Shown in pieces: positions 19,325 to 29,454 of a DNA stretch of 64,000 nt. Source of the DNA: an uncultured Phycisphaerales bacterium (lineage in GTDB: Bacteria; Planctomycetota; Phycisphaerae; Tepidisphaerales; Tepidisphaeraceae); assembly GCA_963758525.1 (NCBI GenBank), contig CAVWVQ010000003.1:608001-672000 (forward strand). The letters run 5' to 3'. The notes beneath the pieces are model-generated. The model made no database searches, was not told the origin of the DNA, and saw only the letters and a program-made list of their open reading frames with translations. The translations under genes were made by a program, and so were the position numbers. The stretch's first letter is position 1, and every line of letters starts with the position of its first letter.

Positions 19325-20623
19325 ATGCAAAAAAACTTTGTACCGAAGGCCGTCATGACCGCGGCCTTCCTCATTGGCGGGATTGTCCCCGTCGTGGCGA
19401 TGGCTCAAGCGCAGCCGCCGGCAGCGCCCGCGTATCAGCCGTTCAGCGATCAGCAGTTGGACGACCTGACGGCGCGTGTCGCGCTCTATCCCGATGCGAT
19501 TCTCTCCGAGATTTTCGTCGCGGCGACCTATCCGCTGGAAGTCGTCGAAGCTGCCCAGTGGCTTGCGGCGGGGAACAACCCAGCCAGCGTGGATCAGCAG
19601 CCGTGGGATGACAGCGTAAAGGGTCTGACCCGGTTTCCGGCGGTGCTGAACCAAATGGCTGCCGATGCGGCCTGGACGAACGACCTCGGAGCTGCATTTC
19701 TCAATCAGCAGGCGAGCGTCTTCGCCTCGGTCCAGCGACTTCGCGCCCAGGCCATTGCGGCTGGCACGCTCTACTCCACGCCACAGCAGCAGGTGGTGCA
19801 GGATGCCGGGGTCATTCAGATCATCCCCGCCGATCCGGGGACGATATATGTGCCGACCTATGATCCTGCCACGGTCTATACCGGGCAGGATGTGCCAGTC
19901 GGAACGGACGTGACACCGCCGGTCACGTTTGTCTACAGCGCCCCGGTGGGCCCCTGGCTGGCGTTTGACTGCGATTGGGACGACCACCGGATTTACATCG
20001 GTGACTGGGGACGCGATCGGCCATGGTGGCATTGGCACGATCGCGACTGGCACTACGACAACTTCCGCCCGGGTCACTTCACCGCCCCCGCTCACGCGAA
20101 TTGGCAGCCACGGGAGTGGAGCCACGACGCGAAGCGAGGGCTGCCCCGCTTCGAGCCGCTTCCAGCCGCCCGACCGGACCGGCATGGCGCGCTGGCCAGG
20201 CCGGAGCCCATTCCGGAAATTGATCGCGGCGTGCGCGCTGCCCAGGACGCGCAGCGCGGTCGGCAGGAGCGGGAACGGGAACGCAACGCAGCCCCTCCAA
20301 GGAACGCGCCGCCGGTGAGGGAACCTCCGCAACGAGCAGCGCCGCCGGTTCGGGAGGCGCCGCATGAAGCGCAGCCCGTCCACGAAGCGCCTCCCGTTCA
20401 TGAAAGGCCCCCTGTTCGCGAAGCACCACCGGTTCGCGAAGCGCCGCCTGTCCGTGAGCCGGGCCCTGCGTTCAACGACAATCAGCGCGGCGAAGACGTT
20501 GCTCGCGACAGCCAGCGCGGCAGCGAAAGCCGCGGAGGCGCGGGAGCCGCGCCAGCGCGAAGTGGCGGCGCAGGCGCACCAGGCGGCGGCGGCGGCGGGG
20601 GCCGCGGCGGCGGTCGTCGATAA
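19325..20623 (+). CDS. DUF3300 family exported protein
   Basis: QLDDLTARVALYPD, AATYPLEVV, WDDSVKGL, SVQRLR, IYVPTYDP; GGAG RBS; Pro/Arg-rich tail. Confidence 0.88.
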   Translation: MQKNFVPKAVMTAAFLIGGIVPVVAMAQAQPPAAPAYQPFSDQQLDDLTARVALYPDAILSEIFVAATYPLEVVEAAQWLAAGNNPASVDQQPWDDSVKGLTRFPAVLNQMAADAAWTNDLGAAFLNQQASVFASVQRLRAQAIAAGTLYSTPQQQVVQDAGVIQIIPADPGTIYVPTYDPATVYTGQDVPVGTDVTPPVTFVYSAPVGPWLAFDCDWDDHRIYIGDWGRDRPWWHWHDRDWHYDNFRPGHFTAPAHANWQPREWSHDAKRGLPRFEPLPAARPDRHGALARPEPIPEIDRGVRAAQDAQRGRQERERERNAAPPRNAPPVREPPQRAAPPVREAPHEAQPVHEAPPVHERPPVREAPPVREAPPVREPGPAFNDNQRGEDVARDSQRGSESRGGAGAAPARSGGAGAPGGGGGGGRGGGRR

Positions 20624-20675
20624 ATCTGTCAATCGAAACGCGATAAGCCATGAACGTTACACAGAGGAGTTTCCC

Positions 20676-21682
20676 GTGATTCGACTCAATCTGCATCCCA
20701 ACATCCGTCGCGCCGCCCTGCCGATCTTGCTTGCGGGCGCGGTCGGGTGCCATTGTTGCGGCACCCATCCCGCCACCGCACCAGCAACTGCGGTGTCCGA
20801 AAACACCGCCCCCGCCGCGGTCGCCACCGCTCCGGCTCAGGAGACTTTCGCCTCTCCCGAGGAAGCAGCCTCCGCGCTGAAGCAAGCCGTCCGCGAACGC
20901 GACCGGGCGGCGCTGCTGCAGATCTTCGGGCCTGACGGCCAGCCGCTGATCTTCTCCGGCGATCCCGTCCAGGATGACAACCGGATGGCATCCTTCGAGC
21001 AGCACATGAGCGAGCAACTGCGCGTCGACCATCCGACTCCCGACAAAGCCATCCTCTACATCGGCGCACAAACTGGCCCTTCCCCATCCCGATCGTCAAC
21101 AACAATGGACAATGGTCGTTCGACACCGCCGCAGGAAGGGACGAAATCCTCAATCGCCGGATCGGACGCAACGAGTTGAGCACGATCGACGTCTGCCAGG
21201 CGTACGTCCGCGCGCAGCAGGAATACGCCCGCAAGCCTCACGACGACGCGAAGATGACCCAGTACGCCTGCCGGTTCCGCAGTTCCGCGGGGAAGCACGA
21301 CGGCCTTTATTGGGAACCGACGTCGGCGGATGACTTCAGCCCAATGAGCGATCTGGTCGCCGAGGCCGAAGCCGAGGGATATACCAAGACGCCGCTCAAG
21401 TCACACCGCCAGCCCTACCACGGGTACTTCTTCCACATTCTCACCGCCCAGGGCCCCGATGCCCCCGGCGGAAAAATGGATTACCTCGTGGACGGTCACC
21501 TCACCAAAGGCTTCGGCCTGGTCGCCTACCCGGCGGAGTGGGGAAACTCCGGCGTGATGACTTTCATCGTCAACCAGGACGGCAAGGTGTTTCAGAAGGA
21601 TCTTGGGCCGCAAACTTCCGACGAGGCCTCTAAAATGACCGAATACGATCCCGACCCGACGTGGGAGCAAGTGAAGGAGTGA
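20676..21682 (+). CDS. DUF2950 family protein; apparent frameshift ~21070
   Basis: FASPEEAA, (N)WPFPIPIV, RRIGRNE, DGLYW, PYHGYFF, AYPAEWGNSGVMTFIVNQDG; usual partner of DUF3300. Confidence 0.88.
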
Positions 21683-21694
21683 ACGCGGATTGCT

Positions 21695-22702
21695 TCAGAG
21701 TTTTCGCAAGACATAACGCCCGGTTTTCCTGCTGCCCGTCCGTTCAACAACTCCCGCGGCGAGGAGCGGATGCAGCAAGTCCATCGTCCCCTGGCGCGAT
21801 ACGCCTAACGCTTCCCAGATTTCGCCAGGCGTCATGCTGCCGTGATCGCGAAGCAGATTGAGCAGTTGTTCCTGCCTGGGGCGCAGCGTCAGCTTGTGCG
21901 GGGCCTTCACCTGCAATAGCTGGATGCGCAGCCACGCCTGTTCCAGCGTCAGTCTTAAGCCCTCAGCAGAATACTCCAGCCAACCTGTGAGATCCTCACC
22001 GGCCTGTTGTACATTATTCAACGCCGCATAGTACCGCGGCCTGTTTTCCCAGTAATATTCATCGACAGCGAATATGTGATGTGTGTCAAAACCGCGGCGG
22101 TAAAGCTCCCATAGCGCCAGTGCTCGCCCCGTTCGCCCGTTTCCATCAGCGAAAGGATGGATGGCTTCAAACCGGTAATGGAGGATCGCCGAACTCAAGA
22201 CAGGCGAAAGGGTGGCTGCCTGCGCGTTCCACCATTCCAGCAGTTCAAACATCAGTCCCGACACCACATCAGGCGGTGGCGGAAAGTGCGATCCAACCCG
22301 TACCGAAATGACCCGGTATTTCCCGGCCTCGCCCTGATCCATCACCGCCCCCGCGAGGATACGATGAAGCGAAAGGATATCCTCGTGACGAACCGTCTTT
22401 TTGAGCGCGTGCTTTTCGATGTACCTTAGGCCGGCAAAGTAGTTGAGCACCTCGCGCTGCGGTCGCGTTCCTGAAGCTGACAGTTCTCTGCCTTCCTCCA
22501 GGGCGCGTACCTGTTCGAGAGTCAATGGATTGCCTTCGATTGCGGTCGACGCATGCACGTTGCGAGTGCGGGTGTCTTTCTGAAGGGCGGGGATCCACGG
22601 GAGTTCTATCAGAGCGCCCTGTATCCGCTCCCGCAACGCAGCCACCTGCTCGACGCGGGCAAGCAGACTCGGCGTGATCGTAAAGCTGGGGATGTATGGC
22701 AC
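21695..22702 (-). CDS. Fic family protein with C-terminal winged HTH
   Basis: HPFADGNGRTGR catalytic motif; STAIEGN inhibitory motif. Confidence 0.93.
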   Translation of the reverse strand: MPYIPSFTITPSLLARVEQVAALRERIQGALIELPWIPALQKDTRTRNVHASTAIEGNPLTLEQVRALEEGRELSASGTRPQREVLNYFAGLRYIEKHALKKTVRHEDILSLHRILAGAVMDQGEAGKYRVISVRVGSHFPPPPDVVSGLMFELLEWWNAQAATLSPVLSSAILHYRFEAIHPFADGNGRTGRALALWELYRRGFDTHHIFAVDEYYWENRPRYYAALNNVQQAGEDLTGWLEYSAEGLRLTLEQAWLRIQLLQVKAPHKLTLRPRQEQLLNLLRDHGSMTPGEIWEALGVSRQGTMDLLHPLLAAGVVERTGSRKTGRYVLRKL

Positions 22703-22709
22703 GGAAGAA

Positions 22710-22762
22710 ACGGTAAGAATAAGTCAAGTATCAGTCAAGTGATCAGTCAAGTGATAGCAAGT
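22710..22762 (-). promoter_or_regulatory. Putative sigma-70 promoter for a leaderless fic mRNA, overlapped by direct repeats
   Basis: TTGACT-17 bp-TACCGT-7 bp-GTG; ACTTGACTGAT-like unit repeated 3-4 times. Confidence 0.55.
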
Positions 22763-22834
22763 TCGCCGGGCTGTCACGCCACCCCCTTTCTGCTCTCGCT
22801 GGAGGGGGTTGTGACACTTTCTGCGCGCTCTCTT

Positions 22835-23030
22835 TCCCCCTCCCCTGGTACTTTCCGGGGGAGGGTTGGGTGGAGGCTTGCTCGCAATAGCAGGAAATGG
22901 TTACGGAAGCGGGTTCTACTTCCTGCCCCCAACTCGTTTCTCCGCCCGGAAGCGAGTAGGAGGTAGGAAAAGCAGCTCCGCCCGCCCCCCCCACCACAGC
23001 CCTCCCCCGTCGTACCAGGCGAGGGGGAAG
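22835..23030. repeat. Degenerate inverted pair of CCCTCTCCC-family palindromes
   Basis: CCCCCTCCCCTGGTAC..GGGGAGGGTTGGGTGGAGG and CAGCCCTCCCCCGTCGTACCAGGCGAGGGG. Confidence 0.6.
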
Positions 23031-23161
23031 TAATTGCAGCAGCCAAAGTTATACGCTCTCGGAAAAACGGGCAGGCCCCGGCGGTGCGCGCCAGGAGCGG
23101 CCCCGTTGCAAAACCACCAGTCGCTCGGGTAGGTTATGCGCGGTGGGGCTGGAGGCGTCCG

Positions 23162-23494
23162 ATGCCGCTGGAAAAATGGTCGGATGAGGTCGTGGTCGTT
23201 CACCTGGCGGACGATCCGCAGTTCAGCGACGATCTGGAGTCGCTCGAGCTTGCGATCTCCCAAGCAACCGTTGACGCCGTGCTGGAGTTCGGCGGCGTTC
23301 ACTTCATCAATTCGTCCAACATCGCCAAGTTGCTGAAGATCCGAAAGCAGATGGCCGGCAGCGGTTCGCGTTTGCTGCTCTGCAACATCAGCACCCAGGT
23401 GTGGGGAGCGTTTCTGATCACCGGCCTCGATAAGATTTTCGAGCTGAGCGACAACGTCCCAACCGCGTTAGCTACCCTTCAAATCGCGAGATAA
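23162..23494 (+). CDS. STAS-domain anti-sigma factor antagonist
   Basis: VLEFGGVHFINSSNIAKL, FLITGLDKIF; GGAGG RBS. Confidence 0.9.
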   Translation: MPLEKWSDEVVVVHLADDPQFSDDLESLELAISQATVDAVLEFGGVHFINSSNIAKLLKIRKQMAGSGSRLLLCNISTQVWGAFLITGLDKIFELSDNVPTALATLQIAR

Positions 23495-23523
23495 GCGGGA
23501 GTTTTTAGAGGGCGGGTTTTCCC

Positions 23524-23581
23524 CGTAGCACGGCCGTCCCGGCTGTGATCCGAAAGCCACAGCCGAGACGGCTGTGCTACG
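23524..23581. repeat. GTAG-type REP doublet hairpin between convergent genes
   Basis: CGTAGCACGGCCGTCCCGGCTGTG..CACAGCCGAGACGGCTGTGCTACG. Confidence 0.85.
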
Positions 23582-23686
23582 AGATTGCGTTCCTGGTCAA
23601 GCTATTCGCACGCCGGGTGCGGCCTGGAGATCGATGATCGCAGCGCGACGGGAAGGGCGCAAGCTATTCGCGCGGGGCGCGGCAAC

Positions 23687-25960
23687 TTACAACGCCGCTC
23701 CGTTGATCTTCAACCGCAGAATAAGCAACGCCGCCGAGAGCTGGGGATCTACCGAGAGAAGATCCTTCTTCACCACGGCGACAGATGTTTTGGCCGGCGC
23801 GGTTGTCGGAGTCGCGGCCTGATCAGGAAGCTTCAGCGCTTGCGCCTGCGGTTCCGACGGAGCGGTCGTGGGAGCCTCGCTCTGCGGAACGTCGAGCGCC
23901 TGGCGGGCATCGATTGCGGCGCGCATCTGCTCGGGCGTCATTTCCACGGTCACATCCGGATCGACGCCCCATTCCGTGGAGTTTTCCTCGCGGTGGATGC
24001 ATCGGCCGCTGGGGAGGTAGTAATGACTGGTGGTGAGCTTGAGATAGGCCGACTTATCGGCCAGCGGGAAGAGCATCTGCACGCTTCCCTTTCCGAAGGT
24101 CCGCTCGCCCACGAGAATCGCCCGCTTCTGATCCTTCAACGCGCCGGAGACGATTTCGCTGGCGCTGGCGGAGTACTGATTGACGAGAATCACCAGCGGG
24201 AGGTCGACATCATTATCGTCCGGCTTGGCGACGGCGACCGTTGGCGGGTTGCCGGTATCCCGGTCGGGGCGGGTGCTGACGATCACGCCATCGTGAAGGA
24301 AGCGGTCGGCGATTTCGGTCGCGGAAGTCAGCAAACCGCCCGGATCGAAGCGCAAATCGAGGATAATGCCGCGAGCGCCGCCGGCTTTCATCTGATCGAT
24401 CGCGTCATTGAGTTCCTTGGGGGTATTGCTCGCGAAATTCGTCAGCCGCATGTAGCCGATCTTCTGCTGGGGATCGACGAAGTAATCCCATCCGCCGGAG
24501 TTGGTGGGTTTCCACCCTTTGATGCTGGCGACGGTGATCACCTGCCGGGTGAGTGTGTAATCGTGGACGGCTCCGTCGAGACTGCGCACGGTGAGTACGA
24601 CGGTCGTGCCGACCGGTCCGGTGATGGTCTTCACCGCCTGCGTGGTCGTGATTCCCTTGGCGCTTTTGCCATCGATGCGGGTGATGACGTCGCCCGGCTT
24701 GATGCCGGCCTTGATCGCAGGGCTGTCGGTCAGGGGTTGAACCACTTTCAGGGAGCCGTCGGGGTCGCTTTGGATCTGAATGCCGACTCCGCTGAACTCG
24801 CCCTGCGTGGTGCGCTTGAAATCGTCCAGATCACTGGGCCAGAGCATGCTGCTGAACGGATCGAGCTCGCCAAATGCGCCGTCGGCAAATTCGCTGATCA
24901 GCACCTCCTGGGGAAGCGCGACGGTTGCCTGATTGGCTTCTTCGAGCTTCTGCAGGTTGTCGTGAAGGGTGCTCTGTTCCTGAATTCCCGCGGCCTCTTT
25001 GGTGCTCGCAACGCATTGATCGATGGTCCCCAGGAAGCTCTGGCGCGCCTTCTCGTCGGCAAGCTGCGGAAAGGACTTGTCCAAACCCTTGGTCTCCACC
25101 ACCACCCGAAGGCCGTTGAGACCGCCAAGCGCCAGCGTCTTGTACGTGACGTCGCGGTACCAGTTGTTGCGGGCGTAGACCAAAGCGTCCCACAGCATTT
25201 CCGGCTTGATGCCGTGCAGCGTGTCATGCCAGTCTACTTTGAAGGCGTCGTTCTCCGCCGCCGCGTCGGGCTTGGTTGTCGGCTGCGTCGTGGGATGAAT
25301 GACCGCATCCGCCGCGTCGCGCAGCTTCGAATCCGCGTCGATCATCTGGCGGAACACCGTGGGCGTGTAGAGCGCCAGCAGCCGCTCGCGGCGCATCGAC
25401 AGCTTCAGCTTGTCCTTCCACATCGGAACGGCCGGCTCGATCAAGCCCAGGTTCTGATAGATGCGCTGCGACTGGATCCACTGCTCATTTTTGTCGAAAT
25501 CATCCGCCCGACTCTCTTCGGTGGTGACCAGATCGTCGACATCCTTCTCTTCGCGAAACGCTTTCTTATCATCGGTCAGAAGATAGGCCCCCGCGGCGCG
25601 ATCGAGCGCGTCTTCCGGCTTGTCGTTCTTGAGCAGCAGGCGCATTTCATCGGCCCGCTTTTCGAACTGCTGATGCCGTTCGGTCGCGAATTCCTGCCGC
25701 TGCGTTTCAAAACCGCTGGTCCACGCAGCCATTTGCACCACCAGCGGATCGTGGGACATCGCCGCCGCCTGGGCAAGAAGCTCATTGCTGCGGTCGAAAT
25801 GCCCGTCGCGAATCTGCTTGAATGCCTCGCTCTTCAACTGCTCGACCGACGCGACCTGCACCACCGGAGTTTCCGCCCGGACCGCGGCCCCCGCCGCCAG
25901 CAGCAGCGCCATCGAACTCACCGCGACGCGACCAACAATCTTTCGCTTCATATCAAGCAT
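23687..25960 (-). CDS. S41 family C-terminal processing protease with PDZ domain
   Basis: GEFSGVGIQI, ILDLRFDPGG, SASASEI, GERTFGKGSVQ; signal peptide. Confidence 0.93.
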   Translation of the reverse strand: MLDMKRKIVGRVAVSSMALLLAAGAAVRAETPVVQVASVEQLKSEAFKQIRDGHFDRSNELLAQAAAMSHDPLVVQMAAWTSGFETQRQEFATERHQQFEKRADEMRLLLKNDKPEDALDRAAGAYLLTDDKKAFREEKDVDDLVTTEESRADDFDKNEQWIQSQRIYQNLGLIEPAVPMWKDKLKLSMRRERLLALYTPTVFRQMIDADSKLRDAADAVIHPTTQPTTKPDAAAENDAFKVDWHDTLHGIKPEMLWDALVYARNNWYRDVTYKTLALGGLNGLRVVVETKGLDKSFPQLADEKARQSFLGTIDQCVASTKEAAGIQEQSTLHDNLQKLEEANQATVALPQEVLISEFADGAFGELDPFSSMLWPSDLDDFKRTTQGEFSGVGIQIQSDPDGSLKVVQPLTDSPAIKAGIKPGDVITRIDGKSAKGITTTQAVKTITGPVGTTVVLTVRSLDGAVHDYTLTRQVITVASIKGWKPTNSGGWDYFVDPQQKIGYMRLTNFASNTPKELNDAIDQMKAGGARGIILDLRFDPGGLLTSATEIADRFLHDGVIVSTRPDRDTGNPPTVAVAKPDDNDVDLPLVILVNQYSASASEIVSGALKDQKRAILVGERTFGKGSVQMLFPLADKSAYLKLTTSHYYLPSGRCIHREENSTEWGVDPDVTVEMTPEQMRAAIDARQALDVPQSEAPTTAPSEPQAQALKLPDQAATPTTAPAKTSVAVVKKDLLSVDPQLSAALLILRLKINGAAL

Positions 25961-26197
25961 CCTTACACGCAATGAGCCAACCAACGCCCGGCGAAAACCA
26001 TAGTCGCGCGCCATATCCCGGTCAAACGCCCCGGGAATGTCTCTTGCTTCCGAAAACGACTATTCGCGCATCCTTGTTAAACGAGCCGATCGCTCACGAG
26101 GTTCATACCATCCTCGACCCAACCCCGTTGGCTGGGTCGCCTTCCGCCTGTAGCATGCGCGGCGGCAGAAGAGGTTTCGGCAGCCCCGGTTTCTCCC

Positions 26198-28174
26198 ATG
26201 AATTCGATTCAGCATCAGCTTCAGCAGGCATTTCGCACCGCAATCAGGTCGGCGTTCGGAATTGACGCCGATCCGCTGGTGGGCGTCTCGCAAAACGAGA
26301 AGTTCGGCGACTATCAGTCCAACGCCGCGATGGGATTGTCCCGGCAGATCTCCGAAAAGACCGGGGAAAAGACGAACCCCCGCGCAGTTGCAGAGCAGAT
26401 CAAGTCCGCACTTCAGCTCGGTCCGATGGCGGCTGAAATCTCCATTGCCGGCCCGGGGTTCATCAACATCCGTCTTGATCCGAATTGGCTGGCCGGGCAA
26501 CTCAATAAGGTGGTCGGCGACCAGCGCCTTGGCATCGATGCAGTCGAATCGCCACAAACCGTTGTCGTCGATTACTCCGGCCCCAACGTCGCCAAGCAGA
26601 TGCACGTCGGGCATCTTCGCAGCACGATCATCGGCGACGCCATCAGCCGCCTGCTTGAGTTCGAAGGGAACCGGGTCATCCGCCAGAATCACATCGGTGA
26701 CTGGGGCACGCAGTTTGGCCGAGTCGTTCTGGCGATGTGGTACGAAGCGGCGTTTCATGCGACCGACCCCCACCTCCTCGCCAGCCTCATCGAACGGCAG
26801 CAGTCGGCCGCCCGTGCCTTTGCCCAGGATCAGGACAAGCCGAGGTTTGAAGCCGCCGTTGCCGCGATCGTGCGGGAGATCGCGCCGCTCCATCAACGCC
26901 TCATCGAGCAAGATCCCGATGGCGAACGCTACTTCATCCCGTATCTCACCACCGGCACGCTCGCGCTCGACGAACTCGAACGCGCCTACGTCTTCGTCTC
27001 CACGCTCACTGACAACCCGCAGGCCGCCAAGACCATCATCAACCATCCGCGCCACGGTCCGCGCCCGCTCGGCGACCTGCCGCGCCTTACCACGACGTTC
27101 ATCCAGAATCCCAACGACCCCGCCAATCGGCAGGAACTCCTCGCCTGGCAGAAGTCGCGCATGATTACGCTGGAAGCCTGCGATGAGGTCTACCAGCGAC
27201 TCAACGTGAAACTGCTTCCCGACGACGAGCGCGGCGAATCATTCTATAACGCGATGCTGCCGGATGTCGTGAAAGACCTTCTCGCGGCCAACGTCGCGAC
27301 TGAAAGCGAAGGAGCCATCGCGATTTTCAACGACGGCGCCGCAACTCCGTTGATCGTTCAAAAGAGCGGCGGCGGGTACCTGTACGGCACCACGGATCTT
27401 GCCGCATTGCGCTATCGCGTGCAGGCGCTGCACGCCAACCGGATCATCTACACGCACGACAGCCGCCAAGCCCTGCACTTCTCGCAGGTATTCGCCGCCG
27501 CGCGAAAAGCCGGCTGGGCGACGAATGTCGAGCTTGACTATGCCCCCTTCGGCACCATGCTCGGCGCCGACGGCCGGCCCTTCAAAACCCGCTCAGGCGA
27601 CACCGTCAAGCTCAAGGATCTGCTCGACGAAGCCGAAGAACGCGCGTTTGCCGTCGTGACGGAAAAAAATCCCGACCTGCCCGAATCGCAACGTCATGCA
27701 ATCGCCCATTCCATCGGCATCGGGGCCATCAAATACGCCGATCTCTCGAAGGACCGCATCAGCGACTACGTCTTCTCCTGGGACAGCATGCTCGCGCTTG
27801 ACGGCAACACCGCCCCATACCTGCAGTATGCGCACGCTCGCGTCCATTCGATCCTGCGCAAAGGAGAAACGGCGCTGGAGAACGCGTCGGCGGGGAACAT
27901 TGCGCTCGAATCCCCGTACGAGCTCGCGCTGGCAAAGCAGATTCTCCGCCTCGGCGACGTCATCGAAACCGTCTCGCGCGAATTAAAGCCCCATCATCTG
28001 TGCGCATACCTCTACGAGCTGGCCGGCCGATTCAGCGGCTTCTTCGAAAACTGCCCGGTCCTCAAAAGCGAAGAGCCCACCCGCTCCAGCCGGCTCGCAT
28101 TGTGCGCCGCCACCGCCAAAACCCTCGCCATCGGCCTCGACCTGCTCGGCATCGAGCATCCGACGCAGATGTAA
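26198..28174 (+). CDS. argS: Arginine--tRNA ligase
   Basis: FGDYQSN, IAGPGFIN, PNVAKQMHVGH, GDWGTQFG, FKTRSG, GNTAPYLQYAHAR, C-terminal Met. Confidence 0.97.
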   Translation: MNSIQHQLQQAFRTAIRSAFGIDADPLVGVSQNEKFGDYQSNAAMGLSRQISEKTGEKTNPRAVAEQIKSALQLGPMAAEISIAGPGFINIRLDPNWLAGQLNKVVGDQRLGIDAVESPQTVVVDYSGPNVAKQMHVGHLRSTIIGDAISRLLEFEGNRVIRQNHIGDWGTQFGRVVLAMWYEAAFHATDPHLLASLIERQQSAARAFAQDQDKPRFEAAVAAIVREIAPLHQRLIEQDPDGERYFIPYLTTGTLALDELERAYVFVSTLTDNPQAAKTIINHPRHGPRPLGDLPRLTTTFIQNPNDPANRQELLAWQKSRMITLEACDEVYQRLNVKLLPDDERGESFYNAMLPDVVKDLLAANVATESEGAIAIFNDGAATPLIVQKSGGGYLYGTTDLAALRYRVQALHANRIIYTHDSRQALHFSQVFAAARKAGWATNVELDYAPFGTMLGADGRPFKTRSGDTVKLKDLLDEAEERAFAVVTEKNPDLPESQRHAIAHSIGIGAIKYADLSKDRISDYVFSWDSMLALDGNTAPYLQYAHARVHSILRKGETALENASAGNIALESPYELALAKQILRLGDVIETVSRELKPHHLCAYLYELAGRFSGFFENCPVLKSEEPTRSSRLALCAATAKTLAIGLDLLGIEHPTQM

Positions 28175-28178
28175 TTCA

Positions 28179-28254
28179 GAGCAGTTTTCAGGTTGGACTA
28201 GCGGCCATTGTGGTGCGGGCTTCCAGCCTGCTCCCCGGAGGCAGACTGGAAGCC
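28179..28254. mobile_element. Truncated MITE family B copy
   Basis: GAGCAGTTTTCAGGTTG..GCGGCCATTGTGGTGCGGGCTTCCAGCCTGC..CTGGAAGCC, homologous to 15435-15546. Confidence 0.6.
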
Positions 28255-29235
28255 TAGGTGCCGGCGTTCAAATCAGCAACGTACGTCGCCAGATCGTTTT
28301 GGAACTGAGTATTTGCCGCGGCGAGCGCGGCCTGATCGTTCGTCAACTGGGTCTGCGCCGCGGTAACGCCCGGATCGGCGGCAATGGCAGCCTGCAGGGC
28401 AGTCTCGGCGGCCTGGACCGGCGCCTCATCCGTCTGCAATTGCGTCTTGGCGGCGGCGAGCGCAGCCTGATCGTTCGTCAGCGGGGTCTGCGCCGCAGCG
28501 ACACCAGGGTCGGCGGCGATTGCTGCCTGCAATGCTGTCTCGGCGGTCTGGACTGGCGCTTCGTCAGTGGTCAATTGCGCCTTGGGAGCCGTCAGGTCGG
28601 TGGTAAGTTGATTCTGCGCAGTAGTCGAGCGCGGCCTGATCCGCAGTGATCACGGAACTCAGCGCGCCGCTGCGGGTGTCATATCGAAGCTGGTATCGGG
28701 CAGACTGAATCGCCGGCTCGTCAGCCACGTAGACCGCCCTGATGGCGGACCAATCAGCCTGAATCAGCGGCTGTTGGGTTGTCCAGGCGGCGGTGACAGC
28801 CGACTGGGCGGCGATCACCGGAGCGGTGGTCGAGGCTGCCTGCTCAGCGGTCCACAACGCCTGGTAATCGTTCCATACAGCGGTCCGGTCTGTCTGAATG
28901 TTGCTGCGGTCGGTTTGGGTCAAGGGGCCGGCCGTTGTCTGGGCAGACGTGAGTGCCGACTGAGCGGCAATCACCGGGGCGGTGGTCAGTGCGGCCTGTC
29001 TAGCGGTCTCCAGTGCTTGGAAATCGTTCGAAACCGCAGTCTGGTCATTTGACACGGTGGTTTGATCGCCGGTTACCGCCGCGAAGTTCGACGTGTCCAA
29101 CGCGGTCGGGGAAGAAGGCAGAGGGGGAATATACGATTCATGACCATGACCGAAAAAACCAAAGCCATGGAACGAGGCGGACATCAATTTCCGAGATTCC
29201 AAGGTATCGACGAAACGACGAAGTGTCTCATTCAT
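28254..29235 (-). CDS. Ala/Gln/Thr-rich coiled-coil repeat protein with LEPR-xLL-like leader; apparent +1 frameshift ~28628
   Basis: VDTLESRKLMS leader; DQTAVSN heptads; 45-aa repeat QAALAAAKTQLQTDEAPVQAAETALQAAIAADPG. Confidence 0.7.
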
Positions 29236-29454
29236 ATTGCATTCTCCCTGTGGAAAGCGAGGCATGATTGCCGGAACGACAATCGCCGCAGTTCTGTTTT
29301 TGAAGAAACCACCTTCGGGGAAGCCCGAATTTTCGCATCCGCTGTACCGCTGAGATCGGTAATTTACCGACCGTCTGTCGTATTACCAGCGCTAAATATA
29401 ATTTATTTTGCGTTCCGTTGGATGCGTTACCCTGTGTGAAGAATGCGCTTGGAT

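Noticed and set aside
23585..25975. Long antisense ORFs (also 445-1707, 8268-9626, 30208-31452, 38293-39342)
   Set aside because: Shadows of real genes on the opposite strand in high-GC DNA; no motifs.
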